Of a stretch of 64,000 bases of DNA, positions 24,931-59,020 are shown piece after piece. Each line of letters opens with the position of its first letter. The stretch's first letter is position 1. The notes beneath the pieces were generated by a model, which had not been told where the DNA came from, made no database searches, and saw nothing but the letters and a program-made list of their open reading frames with translations. Source of the stretch: Chrysomallon squamiferum (lineage: Eukaryota; Animalia; Mollusca); contig CM022671.1 of the NCBI GenBank assembly GCA_012295275.1, positions 35,402,001 through 35,466,000 of the forward strand. The letters are read 5' to 3'. The position numbers were made by a program, and so were the translations under genes.

Positions 24931-26424
24931 TAGAAAATGACTTTATTATTTTCTAAGTGCAAAAATAAAAAAATGCTGTGAATCATTCTTCCATACAAAC
25001 AGTTAACAAACACAGAGACAGAAGTTCTGTATTCAAATGAAAATCTAGAGTGTTCATTTAAAGAGAGAGAATCTGCAATACAGATGTGTTGGTACAAAAT
25101 GGATATGAAAAGGACACAGACAAGTGGAAACCTGGTATAAAAACAACGTAGGTAAACTGTGAAAACGACTGATGCTGGTTTAGTGAAAAACATCTGTGAT
25201 ATTACATCTCATGTTTACTGTGTGAGATGTGTTATAAGAGAAATTCCTCTTCACTGGGCCAGTGATTTCCCGTGTAACTGTGTGATAGCAGTGTGTACTA
25301 CACATCATATATACTCCGTATAACACAACCATTCTGTATGTTCTGTATGCAGTAACTAATTCAAATCCTATAGTGTTTTCTTTTGTCTCACATTAATAAG
25401 CCAGTTTATGTTTGTAACTCAAATAATGTTATAACCATAATGTTACAATATAACCAACTGAAATCTGTATAACAGGGAACTTGCATAATGAAAGCATACA
25501 TAAAACAACATAATACATTTGTTTTGAAAATAATCTGTAACCCTTTACATATGTAGAGTCCAGCATGTAACTATGTAGAGACTGACATTTGCTTTTGCAA
25601 ATTATCAAACCCTAATTTGGCTCATCGTCAAGCTGTAATGAATATAATAAAATTTCATTTGTTACAAGTCTGATCAGTAAGTTATTCAACAGAAGTCACT
25701 TTTTATAAAAAAAATATATATATGGGTATATCATATCAAAAAATAGCTCACTTGTAAAATAAATTAAATATGTCATGTATTTAAGCTATGGAAATCAGTT
25801 TATTTACAGATAAATAATTATATTATTTATGGTTATGACATACAAAAGATAGCTTATTTATAAATTTCACAATTATTGTGTTATATATGGCAATAGAGAG
25901 GAAAGTTTCCAAATAATAAAATTTTATATTAGAATATTTCAGTGATCAGTGGAAAACATGATGTTACAGACTTTTTCTTTTCTGATTTTATTAAATTAAA
26001 ACAGCTTCACATTATGACAAATAGACGTAACTGCAGATCTCTCTATTACTAATCTGGTTTCTTCTCTAGTGATAGTGTCAGTGGTGTGTAGATGTTTGCC
26101 AGTTGTTCTGTGTTTGTGATGCAAATTCTGAATTTAATAAGCCAAAAAAAAAAAATAGCTGTTATCATCATTTTGCTCAAATACAAATAATAAATATTTA
26201 CCTTTCAAATACTTTTTTTTTTTTTTTTGCAGTTTGCATTTTGGTTGTGAAATAATTATAATTTTTTAAACTATTTTTTAAATTAAACTTATTATTATTA
26301 TTATTATTTTCAGTTATTTATTTATTTACTTATCCCTCTGTTAATTTGTAAAATTTCAGTTTATTTAATTTTGTTTTCATGTTTTTTTTATTTCATGGTT
26401 ATTTTTTACAATTATACTTTTTTG

Positions 26425-26457
<33 letters not shown>

Positions 26458-26808
26458 TCTAATATGTCCACTATAAACACTGCACATCAAATAAAAACAA
26501 AGCAGGTGATATAAAACAATGAGCATATTCTTGACATAAACATACATTCATAGTTTATACTGATATATCTCATTTAATAAGTTTTCAGTGCATAATATAT
26601 ATAATGTTTGTTTTTTAGACAAGGGACCATTCATAAATAAACCAGAGAGAGGAGGAAGGGATGATAACTCTGTATTTTAAATGTTGAGGAAAAAGGGGCT
26701 GGGAATTGTGCATTTTCAGTGTAAAAGGGCTTTATCAGTTTTCAGCTGAAAAATACAATACAGTTAGGATTTTAAATTGCAAATAATATGATTAAAACAT
26801 TAAAAAAA

Positions 26809-26851
<43 letters not shown>

Positions 26852-27619
26852 TGAAATCCATTTAATTTTTTATTTGATTTTTTAGCGACATTTTTGCATG
26901 CTAGAGGAAGGAGGGTTGTTGATGGTTGCCAAGGTAAAAGATGTATCTGAAAACAACAGCATAAAATGTAACATTTTAATACAAGTTTGTTTTATGGATG
27001 TTGCCTCCCTTCAGATGTGTATTAAATATGTAAAACATCATAATTAAATTAGCATAATTGTTATGTATGTGTCTGAAACTTAATGAGCAAAATTTATGAT
27101 CTGAAAAAGATGAAAATTAAGATAAAAATATTAAATATTTATTTTGGAATAAAAATAAAAATATATTAATAGGAATGCAAACAAGAAATGTGTAACACAC
27201 ACACACCACTGTATTATATATATCTTTACCACTTGTATGGGCTGAATTCTAATATTCTTTTTAAATACACAAATATAAAATATATATATACAAGCATATA
27301 ACTAATGAAAAAAAAAACATTAAGAAAAAAACAAAACCCTTTATTTTCCTTATTAAATATGAAAATAAAATATTCATCAGATATTCAGTAGATATTCAGT
27401 ATCTACCTATTCACACAAATACTAATATTCTAAATGAAGTTCTGTGTTAACCAATGTGTACCTTCCAAACTGGTTGTATCAATGTTAGTATCCACGTTGT
27501 TGTTGTAGTAGTAGTGGTATACGATGTGGCCTTGTATTTATAACACTGTGCTGTTGGTTGTTGCTGTGCGATCTGGCCAGCAACATTCTTTGTATACAAA
27601 CAGATAAATTATTTTTTAA

Positions 27620-27625
27620 AATAAA
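27620..27625 (+). terminator. candidate poly(A) signal of RIM-BP (3' UTR about 3.3 kb)
   Basis: AATAAA followed by a GT/T-rich downstream element (gtctttgtttttgttt). Confidence 0.4.
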
Positions 27626-27879
27626 CAATTCAATCAAACCATATGCACGGTCTTTGTTTTTGTTTATTATTGTTTATTTTAAATTGTTATTCAGATCTGC
27701 TGTGACACTGTATCTGTGTCAACATTTAAACAAAAAAAAAGAAGTCCAAAACCAAGACTCATATATTATTTTTTTATTTTTTCTCTAATCACTTGATTTT
27801 TCTAATAAAAGCATCTGTAACCAGTAGATTTATACTGGGAGATTAAAAACAACACAACACTAAATTTCTCTAATTAGAC

Positions 27880-27885
27880 TTTATT
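27880..27885 (-). terminator. candidate poly(A) signal of EFCAB5 (3' UTR about 1.5 kb)
   Basis: AATAAA on the minus strand followed by GT-rich gtgttgtgttgttttt. Confidence 0.4.
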
Positions 27886-28739
27886 TTTAACAAACCGTAT
27901 ATACAAAAAGAGAAATTTACACAATAGTAACACATTCTAGAGTTTATTAAAATAAATGAACTCAAAAATAACTTGTTTAAAAATCACTTTCCCAGTGTTA
28001 TAAATCATCAATCTGATAAACATTTCAAAAACACAATAACTAAGATATTGTCCGTCCAATAAATTATCTACACATGAATGAGATGTTGGTGGTTAAATTA
28101 TGCAAATAAATTCTAATTTATTAATATATGCTAATTTATATAAATATGCAATGCGATTGTGTGTCAATTTATGCAAAAAGAAATTAATGGCTTTTCAACT
28201 ATACAACTAACAGGATGAAATTATAAATTTTCATAAAAGTTTATTTATTTATTCAAATAAAAATATTTGTCAAATTAAACACATTTCAAATCTGCTGATT
28301 TTAAAAACGGAATTCCTCAAAAATATAATTTTATCAGAAATCCAATTTAACAATACTAATAACCAATGACATGAAGAGGAAAATGTATTCTTTGAATGAA
28401 GACAATACATTCATTTATAGATTATAAAAACACCTGCAATCAAAGATGTATGTGTGTGTGTGTTGTGTGTGTGTGTGTGTATATATATATATACACACAC
28501 ACACACATATCTATTTGAAAATCTGAAAATAATTAAAGGGAAATTCAGTTTTCATTTTAAAAATGTATCTGAAAATGATGAATTAGTCTCAACAAATTTT
28601 GTTTAAAATTGGAAGAATTTGTTTTGTTTTGAACAGATTCTATAGGCAATGTTTTTATACATATAAGGCTCCACAGTGAAACATGCCTATAACAAAAATA
28701 TATTTGACATTATGTTTTCATGTTGATATCATGCTAGCA

Positions 28740-29100
28740 TAACACTTTAGTATTTAGCATCATACTACGAAATAATAGTGTGGTCACTGGAATCGTATCA
28801 TACAATTAGGCAAAATTGTTTGATTTTTGGCAAAGTATCTTGTAATTTGGCATAATGCATTGAAACCATACTGTAAAATGTGACAATATTTTGGAATTTT
28901 GAATCATACCATGAATTTTGGCAGAAGGCTTTTCTGTTTGGCATTGCACCATACATTTGGTACAATGCTTTTGAATGTGGGATAATACCATGAAATTTGA
29001 CATAGTGATTTAACACCTCTCTGTGAAATTTGGCATACGGCTTTGATATATGACATTATGCCATACAATTTGGTATAATGCTTTGATATTTGGCAGTAAC
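28740..29100. repeat. highly degenerate repeat (TTTGGCATAATGC / ATACCATGAAATTT motifs) in the EFCAB5 3' UTR
   Basis: recurrent tttggcat / taccat words. Confidence 0.5.
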
Positions 29101-29418
29101 GATTAGTGGCAAAATGTTTTTTTGAGAAAACAGAAAAATAACAACAAATTACTTAGTGCAGATATTAAATATAAATCCAAATCAACAACAAATGTAAAAA
29201 TCACAATATGTAAAACACCACACAATTTAATATTGCAAAATATCATAAAATATCACAATGACAGCTTGTTAAAAAATTTTTTAAAATATATATATATATA
29301 TATATATATGGTTTATCCTGAATCTCAAAGTTATAAATTTAAGAACTTAATAATAAAAAAAAAAAAAAAAAAATAATAATAATAATAAAAATAACAACAA
29401 CACATACAACTCCGCAGT

Positions 29419-48720
<19,302 letters not shown>

Positions 48721-48824
48721 TGTTGTCAGTTACTGAATTTTCATTTCTCTACATTCCTGTAAATAAAATTTAAAAATTTAAAATTTAAAATTACTGTATC
48801 TGTTATTGTATTTATCAACATTTA

Positions 48825-48901
<77 letters not shown>

Positions 48902-49099
48902 AAAATAATAATAATAATAAAAAAATTGAATTAAAATATGCTGGCTACATTTAATAAAAATTAAAAACAAATTTTTGTTCAAATTTCAAAATTAAATTTG
49001 TTTTACATATTTAGAAATATTTGAAACCGTAGATTAAATATGTTGTACAAATTTTGTTATTATTTGCATGAAACAAAGTTACATATCATCATAAGCTCA

Positions 49100-50367
49100 A
49101 AAAGTGGTCGTTTTAACAATCAGTCAGTCATCAACGTTGAATCACACATATATGCAGCATGCATTTTATGTAACAATAATTCTTTACATGAAAACATACT
49201 GATAAAAATCAGTTGTCTGAAAGCTGAAATCGTTGACACAAGAACACTCGCGGAATTAGGAAACACACGAAAACACACTATAATTATTATTCTTGTAAGC
49301 ATAAAGCCGTATACTTACTTACTTTGACACACTTAAAACAATATTCATGTTTAAATATTCGATAAAGTTAAATAAAATGTGTAAATTTTATAAAATAAAT
49401 GTCTTACTATAATGTAAACAAAATAAGATAATTACCAAAAGAAGGGAAACGACTAATAACCAAGCGTTGCTAAGCGGAACTGCTTTTCTTACTTTATTAC
49501 ATTTCCACCCTTTTTGATAGAGATTTGTTTCCGATAATAAATATTAATAATTTATTTCTACCACCTTTGTTACTGCTGCAAGATTACTATTATTATTACT
49601 ACCAGTACTACTACTAGTTCTACTACTACAACATCAACTACTACTACTACTACTACTACCACTACTACTACTACTTCTTCTACTTACTACTATTACTTTG
49701 CCAACCAAGGAGCTATCCTTTGTTAATGCTGTTTTAAATCATCGTTGATTTTATTATTATTATTATTATTAAGTCGATTTTCTGAAACATATTAAATATC
49801 TTTATAAAAATACAAGAATATGCTAAAAATTGATTGACATAGTTTCGGTACTTGGCAGCTATTTTCTCTCTGTGTCTCTCTGTCTGATTATTTATATTTT
49901 AAAAATATTTCTGAAATATAAATTAGCAACTATTGAACAGTTCAAGATTTAAAAAGTATATAAATATATTTTACTGAAATTCACAAAACATCTCGATTTT
50001 ACTCTGTCAGTGTGTGATTATTTAATTTCGGCAGTTACATCACAATTACAAAGGGTATTCTTGTGAGTAACGCACAAACCATTTAAAATATGTGCTACCC
50101 TAATTCAAGATAACGAGTAAATTAAAACGGTAGCGTGAGATTCAGTAAAACTGTTCAATATTTTCCGAAAGAAAACCGATCACAGCCGATTATGTACGAA
50201 TGCTCAAAACACCGGAAATCGTCGTTCTGTCATTGCGCACAGGCAAATAATTGTATTTCCTGATCGGGGTGGGATCAGTTTTAGTTTGGATAAGATCATT
50301 TATTTTGTATACAAATGATCGAGATAGAAGACTACCACCCGGACGTTCTGTAATCGGGGTCTTGCAA
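49100..50367. promoter_or_regulatory. divergent (bidirectional) promoter region between EFCAB5 and SSH, with an X-box-like motif at 49466-49480
   Basis: Start codons are 1.65 kb apart on opposite strands; CpG is visibly more frequent than in the flanking introns; GTTGCTAAGCGGAAC resembles an RFX site. Confidence 0.6.
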
Positions 50368-50421
50368 ATGGCTTTGGTGACAATACAGCGGTCACCTAGC
50401 CCAAGCAATGACCCGGACACG
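50368..50421 (+). CDS. SSH: Protein phosphatase Slingshot homolog, coding exon 1 (MALVTIQRSPSPSNDPDT)
   Basis: Matches the MALVT[VL]QRSP[TS]PS N-terminus of SSH1/2/3 and fly Ssh; ACG|gtaagt. Confidence 0.9.
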
Positions 50422-51649
50422 GTAAGTTTTATTTTAGTAAATATAAAAACTTGTCACTGTCACAACGTACAAAGAATCAATGATAATGAGTAATCTACTA
50501 GTTCCAGTCAATTGTTTTGGCAATACTTGGTCATTCCAGCTGTTGACATAATTTACAACAGTTTAGGGAGTCATGTAGACATGCATATAATTAACTATAA
50601 TTATGTTTTGTATTATTTACGAGTTAGTTTGAACTGACTTTGATCATTCAGTTACACTGTATAGTGTATTGTAACATTTTGGGGGGTTTTTTCAACTTGT
50701 TGTGATCTTCATTTCTTTGATTGTTGTTTTTCTTTGTTTTGCTTTCCCCCCATCTCAGAGTAATCAAATATCTGAATTAAAGAAAGAAAAAAATAATTAT
50801 GGTTATTGAAATACATAATTTAAAACATTAAGCTATTCTGTAAAATAATAAATAATGGTGTTAAATAATGGGTAGTTTGTAAAAGTGTAAATAGCTTATG
50901 TCTTTATTTTTTATAAATATATTATTTTAATTTCCCTTACTCTACAGAACATATTACAATTAGGTAGAAATTTTCAGGCCATGCATTGCATCAAAAACAG
51001 TATCATTTTAGATGTTTAAATATTTATACATATTTTTTTATTTATTTACTTTTAAATTAATAAAAGTTACATTTGATTGTCATCTAATTAATAAATGATC
51101 TCATTACAAATTGTAAAAGAAATCAAATTAATACAAAATTACTAACAATTTTGTTGTAAATTTATAAACAGAAAATTTATCCTTAGAATTCTGAGCACAG
51201 AATACTAAAGAAACGCATGTCCAATAGACATTCCTTAACAAAAATCCAAAATCATTTATTTAAATTTATTTTGCATCATTCACATCTACATTAATGTTTA
51301 ATTCAGCTTATGTCTATGTGTGTGTGTGTATGTATGTATGTATGTATATATGTATGTGTGTGTATATATATGTATGTATTTATATACACACACACACACT
51401 GATACATACATTTATATATGTACTTTAAAGCTCTATATATAATATATATAGTACATATATAAGACATTTTAGTGAATGTTTTCCTTACAAATAAACTGTA
51501 TAAAAGTTTATTATAATTGGGATATATTGTTATTAATATTTGATATATATTTATTTTAATAGTTACATGAACGATGCAGTGTTATCTTAGATGCTTATGA
51601 AAGAATAATCTTTTAATTGATTGTAAACAAAAATTAATTTTAATTTCAG

Positions 51650-51708
51650 GATGACCCTGATGGAGTAGATGAAGGAGCAGGAGGTCGGTCACCTCTTCGC
51701 AGTAGAAG
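51650..51708 (+). CDS. SSH: Slingshot coding exon 2 (DDPDGVDEGAGGRSPLRSR), followed by an intron running past the window end
   Basis: tttcag| and AG|gtagac; short acidic exon ending in phase 2; I found no downstream SxSExxFxVKGAAL exon in the window. Confidence 0.8.
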
Positions 51709-54276
51709 GTAGACGTTGTTTAACTTTTTTTATTTATTATTTTTATCTCTGGTGTCAGGTAAATTTATAAAGTTCAACCTGGGTTCAGTGATATAATGTA
51801 TTTTTCATTATTATTAGTCATACACATTTTATTTTCTTTACCTAATGCTTATTTTCAGTTTCCTTGTCTAATCTTTGTTTATTTATTTATTTTTTATTTA
51901 ATAATTATTTTAAGTTGTAGCATATCTGCAAGGTCAAATTTACCTAATTTGACACTTAATAATCTTGGTTTGTTGCTGAAATAGGAGACAACTCAAGTTT
52001 TTTCATTGTTTTTTTCATAATCATTTTTTATATTCACAAATATCACCTATCATTTTCTTCATAATACCTGGTATTTTCCATGGGGTGTGATATTGATAAA
52101 TATTCACCATTTTCTTATTCATTCAATTAAGACTTTTGAAATCACACATCGAAAATACAACAATAAGAAGAATTCAATAAATATGGGTGAATGTATTTGC
52201 TGTGCATTGTTTATTGATTGATTATAAAGTTGCATTATTAATGTGCTGTGTTAGAGAAATAATGAATGTGCATTATAAATTGTTATTGACATGGCAGAAC
52301 ATGATCAACATTATTTAACAAAATAATTACATAAAAATAACTGTTTGCAGGCCCACAAATTCAGATACATTAATGGTTTTTATAGTTAAATGGGTTTGTT
52401 TGCATTGCTCCTGCTGCCAGACTTTTTAATTTATTTATTATGTTTTGGAATCTAATAATCTAAAATGTAGATTTTATGTATTCCAAGCTTACCATGTGTC
52501 ATAATTTTATTATTAATTTTAATATTATTTAAATCTTGAAATGTTTTTATTATTTTATTTGTTTATTTTGTTTGTCATAAATGAGAAAACAAAATTAATG
52601 GTACCCAAATTAAATCAGATCAGTGACATTTTAAGTACAGTAAATTTAAACAAGGTTTGCCTGCTATAAAATTGTAAATAAAAAAAATAATAATAATAAA
52701 AAAAATCTAAAATATGTTTTTGTAAGGTGCAGTGTTTCTAACTTAAACTACCAATATAACTTATATTGAAGTGTTTAATATCAACCTCTGGTTTAAAACT
52801 TTTTTCTTTCTTTTCTTTTCCTTTCTCTCTTTCTTTTTAATTTAGTGGGAAGACACTACAGTAATTGTAATATAGCCTTACTAAGTTAAATGTTTTATCC
52901 TTCACAACATTGTCTGGTATACAGTATACATAATTTTAAACTCCATTTTACTGAAGAAAAAAACATTTTGTGTCTGAACTTTTCACCTACTTTAATGAAT
53001 GCATATTTTAATTTAAAAAAAAGAAATCTGTATACATTGCTCTATTTGTTTTTCAAATATTATTTATTTAAAAGTTATTTCATTTAAAGTTTTCTCATAC
53101 TTTAATTAAATTTAACTGGCCTAACTTGAATAGAGTAAGCTTGTTATGCATCTCTTATCTCAGCAATTAAACATGCAACATCAAACAAATTCAAGTAAGT
53201 GCACTTCATTACCTAACTTTATTTTTTTATTTTTAACTACTCTATCTTTATAGAAATAAAATAAAAACACAACAGAATGCTTAATCTGAAAACAATTCTT
53301 ATTATTTCAGTTAAAACACAAATTATTTTAATAATTTTTTACAATTTTTTTGCCTCCTTTTTAAACTGATTTCAGTAATGTGTATATTGGTACCCTTGTA
53401 CTTTGACTGTAAACAAAATTGTCTTACTACTGAACTATTCTTTATAAATTACAGTATTAACAAATTAATTATGGACATATAAGTGTTTGGGGAAAACATC
53501 TTTTGTTATAATTCATTTTTCACATATCTGTGTACACAAATTATTACTGTACTAACAGAGAAATGCTTTTTAAAAATTAATTTATATGATTTTTTATTTT
53601 GTTTCATGTACAGCTGCATTTTATTTATTTATTTATTTAATTTTTATTATTATTGTTATTATTATGATTATCATTATTATTTCTTCATATAATTTGATTG
53701 ATTTATTTTATATTTGTAACATTTTTTTTTATTAGTATTATTAATTTATTTTAAATTTTAAAATATTTTTTTGTGTCTATGTTTTTATATTATTATTATT
53801 ATAAAAGGAATCTATAAATTTTAAAAAAAAAAGTGTTTTTGTCAAAATTTATCTGTTTGCACATTTTGACGTGTTTGAAAATGTTCAGATGCATAATGGC
53901 TGGTAAGCACAAAGAAAAAGACTGACAAGCAGTATATTTAGATTCACTAAAACAGGGTAATAGTGAATCATGTTTTTGTAGGTCTCAGTTTGTTGACATT
54001 CCTCAACAAAGGCAGTGGTTACAGTAAACACACACGTATAGCTGTTGATACAAGCTTTTTCTGCCACTGTGTAGGAAATTTGTTCATTTCCAAAACTGCC
54101 TCACAAACACAAACACACACACACACACACACACAAATACTATGTTAGAAAATGTGTACATCTATATAGATAAATAAGATATACATGATGTTCCTAATTA
54201 CATTGGTTACATAATAGTAAACTATCTAATTTGTTTTAATATTACCAGAGCCACTATCTTCTTTTATTTATTTATT

Positions 54277-54317
<41 letters not shown>

Positions 54318-55368
54318 CGAAAGATACATGAAGTGCAGATGAATGAATGGTATTTATACCAATTTGTTTTGCATATACTTTTGAAAGTATTCATGATATA
54401 TCTGTTCTGTTACACAGTTCAGGTAATTTATGTAGTTTTTTTTCAACGTTATTTTTGTTGGTGGGGAATCTTGTTTGTTTCCAAAACTGCAGTGGATCAC
54501 TCATAAATATCAGGTTGTAAAATGGATAGCTGACAAGTTACATGGAAAAAAATAAAAAAGAACAGCAGTCAGATTACTTTGTAGTTAAAGTTTATTGTGA
54601 TTTTGTGTGGGAAACTTGTTCCTTTCCCAAACTGATGTACATATTTATACACATACATAATAACTTATAAATATTTAAAAAAAAAAAAAAAAGAATAATA
54701 ATAATAAGAAGAAGAAATTATATAAAAAAATAAATAAATGAAGATGACGTTTTTTAAATAGTATTTTCATTTTATCATCAAACTTCTTTTCATTTTCATT
54801 TTTCTGCTGGTGTATATTTTGCTTTGTTGATTTTGTTTCTTTCCAAGACTTCCTAGATGTGATGTAACAAGTTGGTAATGATGATTATATCACAGATCTG
54901 TTATTCATCTGATCAATCCTCATCCAATGTTCTTTGTCCTTGAAATTATTTACTTTATTACGTTAACCTTCTTTCGAGTCATAGTTGCTGACACATCAGC
55001 AGCAGATCTTTTATATATTCTATCTCAAAACAGTATATGCAGATTTGATAAATTAATTATAGATAGTTAGAGATGAAAGATGGGGTATGGACCATTTCTC
55101 AGATCATCTCTATATATATGTATAAAATGTGTGTGTGTGTGTGTATATATATGAGCTAATATGCTAAAAGAACTTGCAGATCATTTATCATTTTTAAAGA
55201 AAATGCAAAAGAAAAACTGAAAAGTATGTAATTCAGTGGTCCTTTTTTCTTTTGGATATCTGATTTTACAACTAATTAGGTTTGTCATCATAAAGCAAAA
55301 GTTAATTACTTTCAGTCACAATATGAAATTTTGGCAACAATTTATCTAAGCCCTATTGCAGTTGAGCT

Positions 55369-55369
55369 G

Positions 55370-55442
<73 letters not shown>
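55369..55442. repeat. (CT)n microsatellite; one example of the many (ATT)n, (ATTT)n, (AAAAT)n, (CA)n and poly-T tracts in the introns
   Basis: direct reading. Confidence 0.95.
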
Positions 55443-55443
<1 letters not shown>

Positions 55444-56451
55444 AACACCTCACAGACAGGGAGATACCTCAGATAAATGCTCTGCCACTGTGTTAAAAGT
55501 TATAGTTCTTTGGATCTGAAAACATGTCTAAAATGCCCTTATGTTTTCAGTTTTCCAATCCATCACTGTTTGCTCTGACTCTAACATAAATCATCAGGTA
55601 TTTTGTAAATAATTAGTTTAATTAATGTTTACCTGAAGCTAAATGCAGTTGGTAATTAACAATATTTGTGAAACATGCATGCTGTAGAGATGATGTATTG
55701 CGAGTTCTGTTTTACGGTTCAGCATAGCAAGCTGGATGGGTTTCAGATGTGACTTTTATTAAGTATAAATTAGCAGGCTAGATGTTATGGGTGAATCACC
55801 TCTGAAAAATGACACCACTAGTATTTTTGGACTTTGCTTAAAAAATATATTATTCTTGTTTTTTTTTTTTAAATTTTATTTTCTCATGTGGGGGTAATGT
55901 TTTTTTTTTTTTTTTTTTTTTTTTCTCTTGTATAATTTGGTATATTAGAATATGGAAAATAAATATGTAATAAACTTGCAAGTAGTAAAAGTGAAAATGT
56001 AATTTATATGAGGATTTTAATATCATTTAATATGTAAAATCTATCATGTATTTTAGTTACTTATGACTCATCTTAACATCAAAATAATGTTCATTTATTT
56101 TATTTTCCATTTCTATTTCTCTTCTTTCTTTTTTTTTTTTTTTTTTTTTTTTTTGTATTTTTGCAATGTATAGTTTGTGGTATAGGCTATTCTTTTATTA
56201 TTTAAAAAATGCAAAATAAAACAAAATGTTGCCCTGTGTTATGCACTTTTCAACTATTTATTGAGAAAACATAATCAAATGTCGTTGTTTGATAAGAAAA
56301 TATAAATCTAAATGACTTTATTTTTCTAAAGGTATTTTGGTAATTCTTACAATTTATTGTTAATTTTCCTTTCTGATGTAATGTCTTCTTGGTTAAAAAG
56401 AGAAAATGAAAATATGTAGGGTCAAGTTGACAAAGATATTTTAAATAGTTC

Positions 56452-56485
<34 letters not shown>

Positions 56486-58280
56486 TTGTAATTACTAACT
56501 ATGATAAATAATCTTCACTATATTTAAATTTTAAATTTTATTCAGTATCAGTAGTAAAGCTTGATAACAATGAGTCTAATCTTTGTTTTTACTATATCCA
56601 CTAGACTTTTTTTTTCAGCCAGAGCTATACAAGTGTAATATATAAAAAGAAAAAAAATGAATGGGCTGTTTTGTGTCAGGGACTATTAACAAATATATAA
56701 ATTAAATGACTATAAAAGGTATTTCAGGTTGCTGATGGTTGTTAGATAGTTGAGTACTTTTCTTTCAGCCAGTGTTACTAATGACCTCATTGTTTGTCTT
56801 AAATGATGTAACATGATGTTTATTGCCTAACTCTTGACTCCAGTCTCTTGTGACTTTATACTTTGACTCATTATTTATCTGTTCTTAGATGAGTTTAAAA
56901 AACATTAATGCAGTTAGAGTTCAAGTTAACATGTTTAAACAAAAAAACACCCATTAAAAACAAAACTGAAAATTCGTGTTTTTTTTCTTTTTAAAATATA
57001 TGTTCAAGCTTTTACACATACTTGTTATCTTTTCTGTATCTGACTGCCCTATTTATTTCTTATGCTTAGAAGAAAAAAAAAACGAAAAAAAACCCACATT
57101 AACTACATTGAAGTACATAATTGCACAAAATTTAGTTTCCTTTATATTTGTTTTGTTTAACAGACATCATCATTACAAAGAAAAATGCTCTGATTAATTT
57201 TTCTATTAAACCAAGGGATGTTTTATATTCACACCTAATGTCTTTAATATATCATCAGTTTTTGTTTGAAATAGGCTGGTCATAGAAATAAATTGTTCTT
57301 TGAATAAGTTCTGAGCTGTTTCATTCTGTTTTCTAAGTTTATAACCATACCAGTGCTAATTGTAGTTTGTTAATATCAATTTTTTTTTATTTTATGTCAA
57401 TTTTTCACTGTTCAATAATTTTTCAGTCCATAAATCATCTTGTTGGTTTAAAGGTATAAAAAAAAAAAATAGACTAGGACAAACTGACCTAGAGATTTAT
57501 AAAAAAAAAAAAAAAAAAAAAAAAAGAGTATAATTTTATTGTCAACTTGTCATGTAGCTTTGTCCAGTTTTGTTTCTTTGTCAGCATCACGTACAAGCAG
57601 ACGTCACAGAACACCTGTAACAAAGATTTCTTGTTGTTCATAAACAAACACATCTAAAGTGGAAGGGAAAATCGTTTTTGTTAGAAAATGTTACAACGTT
57701 AATCCTTTAGAAGTCTTGCTGGTAAAATTTAAAGCCACTTTGACTTAATATGGCTGTCTTATTGAATTAGTTTTTCTATCAGACACATACACCCAGTATT
57801 TAGATAGACACAGGCATATTATATTCGTACACATAGAGAGAATGAAAAAATGAAATAAAAATGTTCTGTCAGTTTTTATTTGGTTAAACCATAAAGTGGG
57901 TCTGTTCTACATACTGAACATAACTTTAACTAAAGTTTATGACCATGTTTTTGAAATTTAAAAAGGAAAAGAAGATAAATAAAAAAAAATTAAAAAATAA
58001 ACTGTTTGAATGGTAAAGATATTTGTTTAGTACCTCCGGCCTTGTGACTATTATGTAGTACATGTGTATGGTGTTTATTCTGTATAACAGAAAATTTGTA
58101 TTGAGATAGTGCATGCTTGTCTGGGACACTGTAGGTCAAGAAGACTGATCTTCCTTGAGTACATCTGATGCAGTATTTCCTGTTTAAACAAGTCTACTGG
58201 CAAATTATTGAAGGTTGTGGTATATGCTCTCTTGTTAAAAAGAATTTTGTGCTAATGCATTGCAGTTGGTTTTGTTTCAT

Positions 58281-58367
<87 letters not shown>

Positions 58368-58977
58368 TTCACAGTTTAAATCAAAATATATAAAACAAAC
58401 GTTCATTTACTAATATCGGTGATTGTTGAATATATTCTAGTAGTGATGACTTATAAAAGATATGTTACTGGTATATTTCTTAATACTCAATCGAATTCAT
58501 TTTTCAGTATTTTCCAAGTGTAAATCTCGCAGTCATCATGTTTAAACAGAAATTTCTATTTGCCTCAATACCTACATTCCATAATTAACCTTTCAGGTTG
58601 AAACATTCCTCAAATATTTTTTTCAATTTTTCCTTTTGTGGTTTTCAGCTTACCTGATGTTCTGAAGATTCGAATCACTTAAGCTCAGTAATACCCAGGC
58701 TTTATCACTGTGTTTGTCAGATACCCCTATATTCACAGCATCCACTAGCTGTGACATTTTTTAATTACAGCTTGCTTTACTTCATTTAGCATAGCAAAGA
58801 CTGCTGAAACACTGAAAAACACTTTAATGGAACTTAATGATAATACTGTAGATCATTATTTTTCAGGATGTGTGTGTGTGTGTGTTTGTGTGTGTGTGTT
58901 AGTGTATGTATGAACAACTTTTGTTTGATAATGTTATTCAAAAACAAAAAACAAACATAAAAGATAATAATATATAT

Positions 58978-59020
<43 letters not shown>

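Noticed and set aside
28095-28180. Cluster of octamer-like ATGCAAAT/ATGCTAAT words
   Set aside because: Short AT-rich motifs expected by chance; no snRNA gene or other supporting context.
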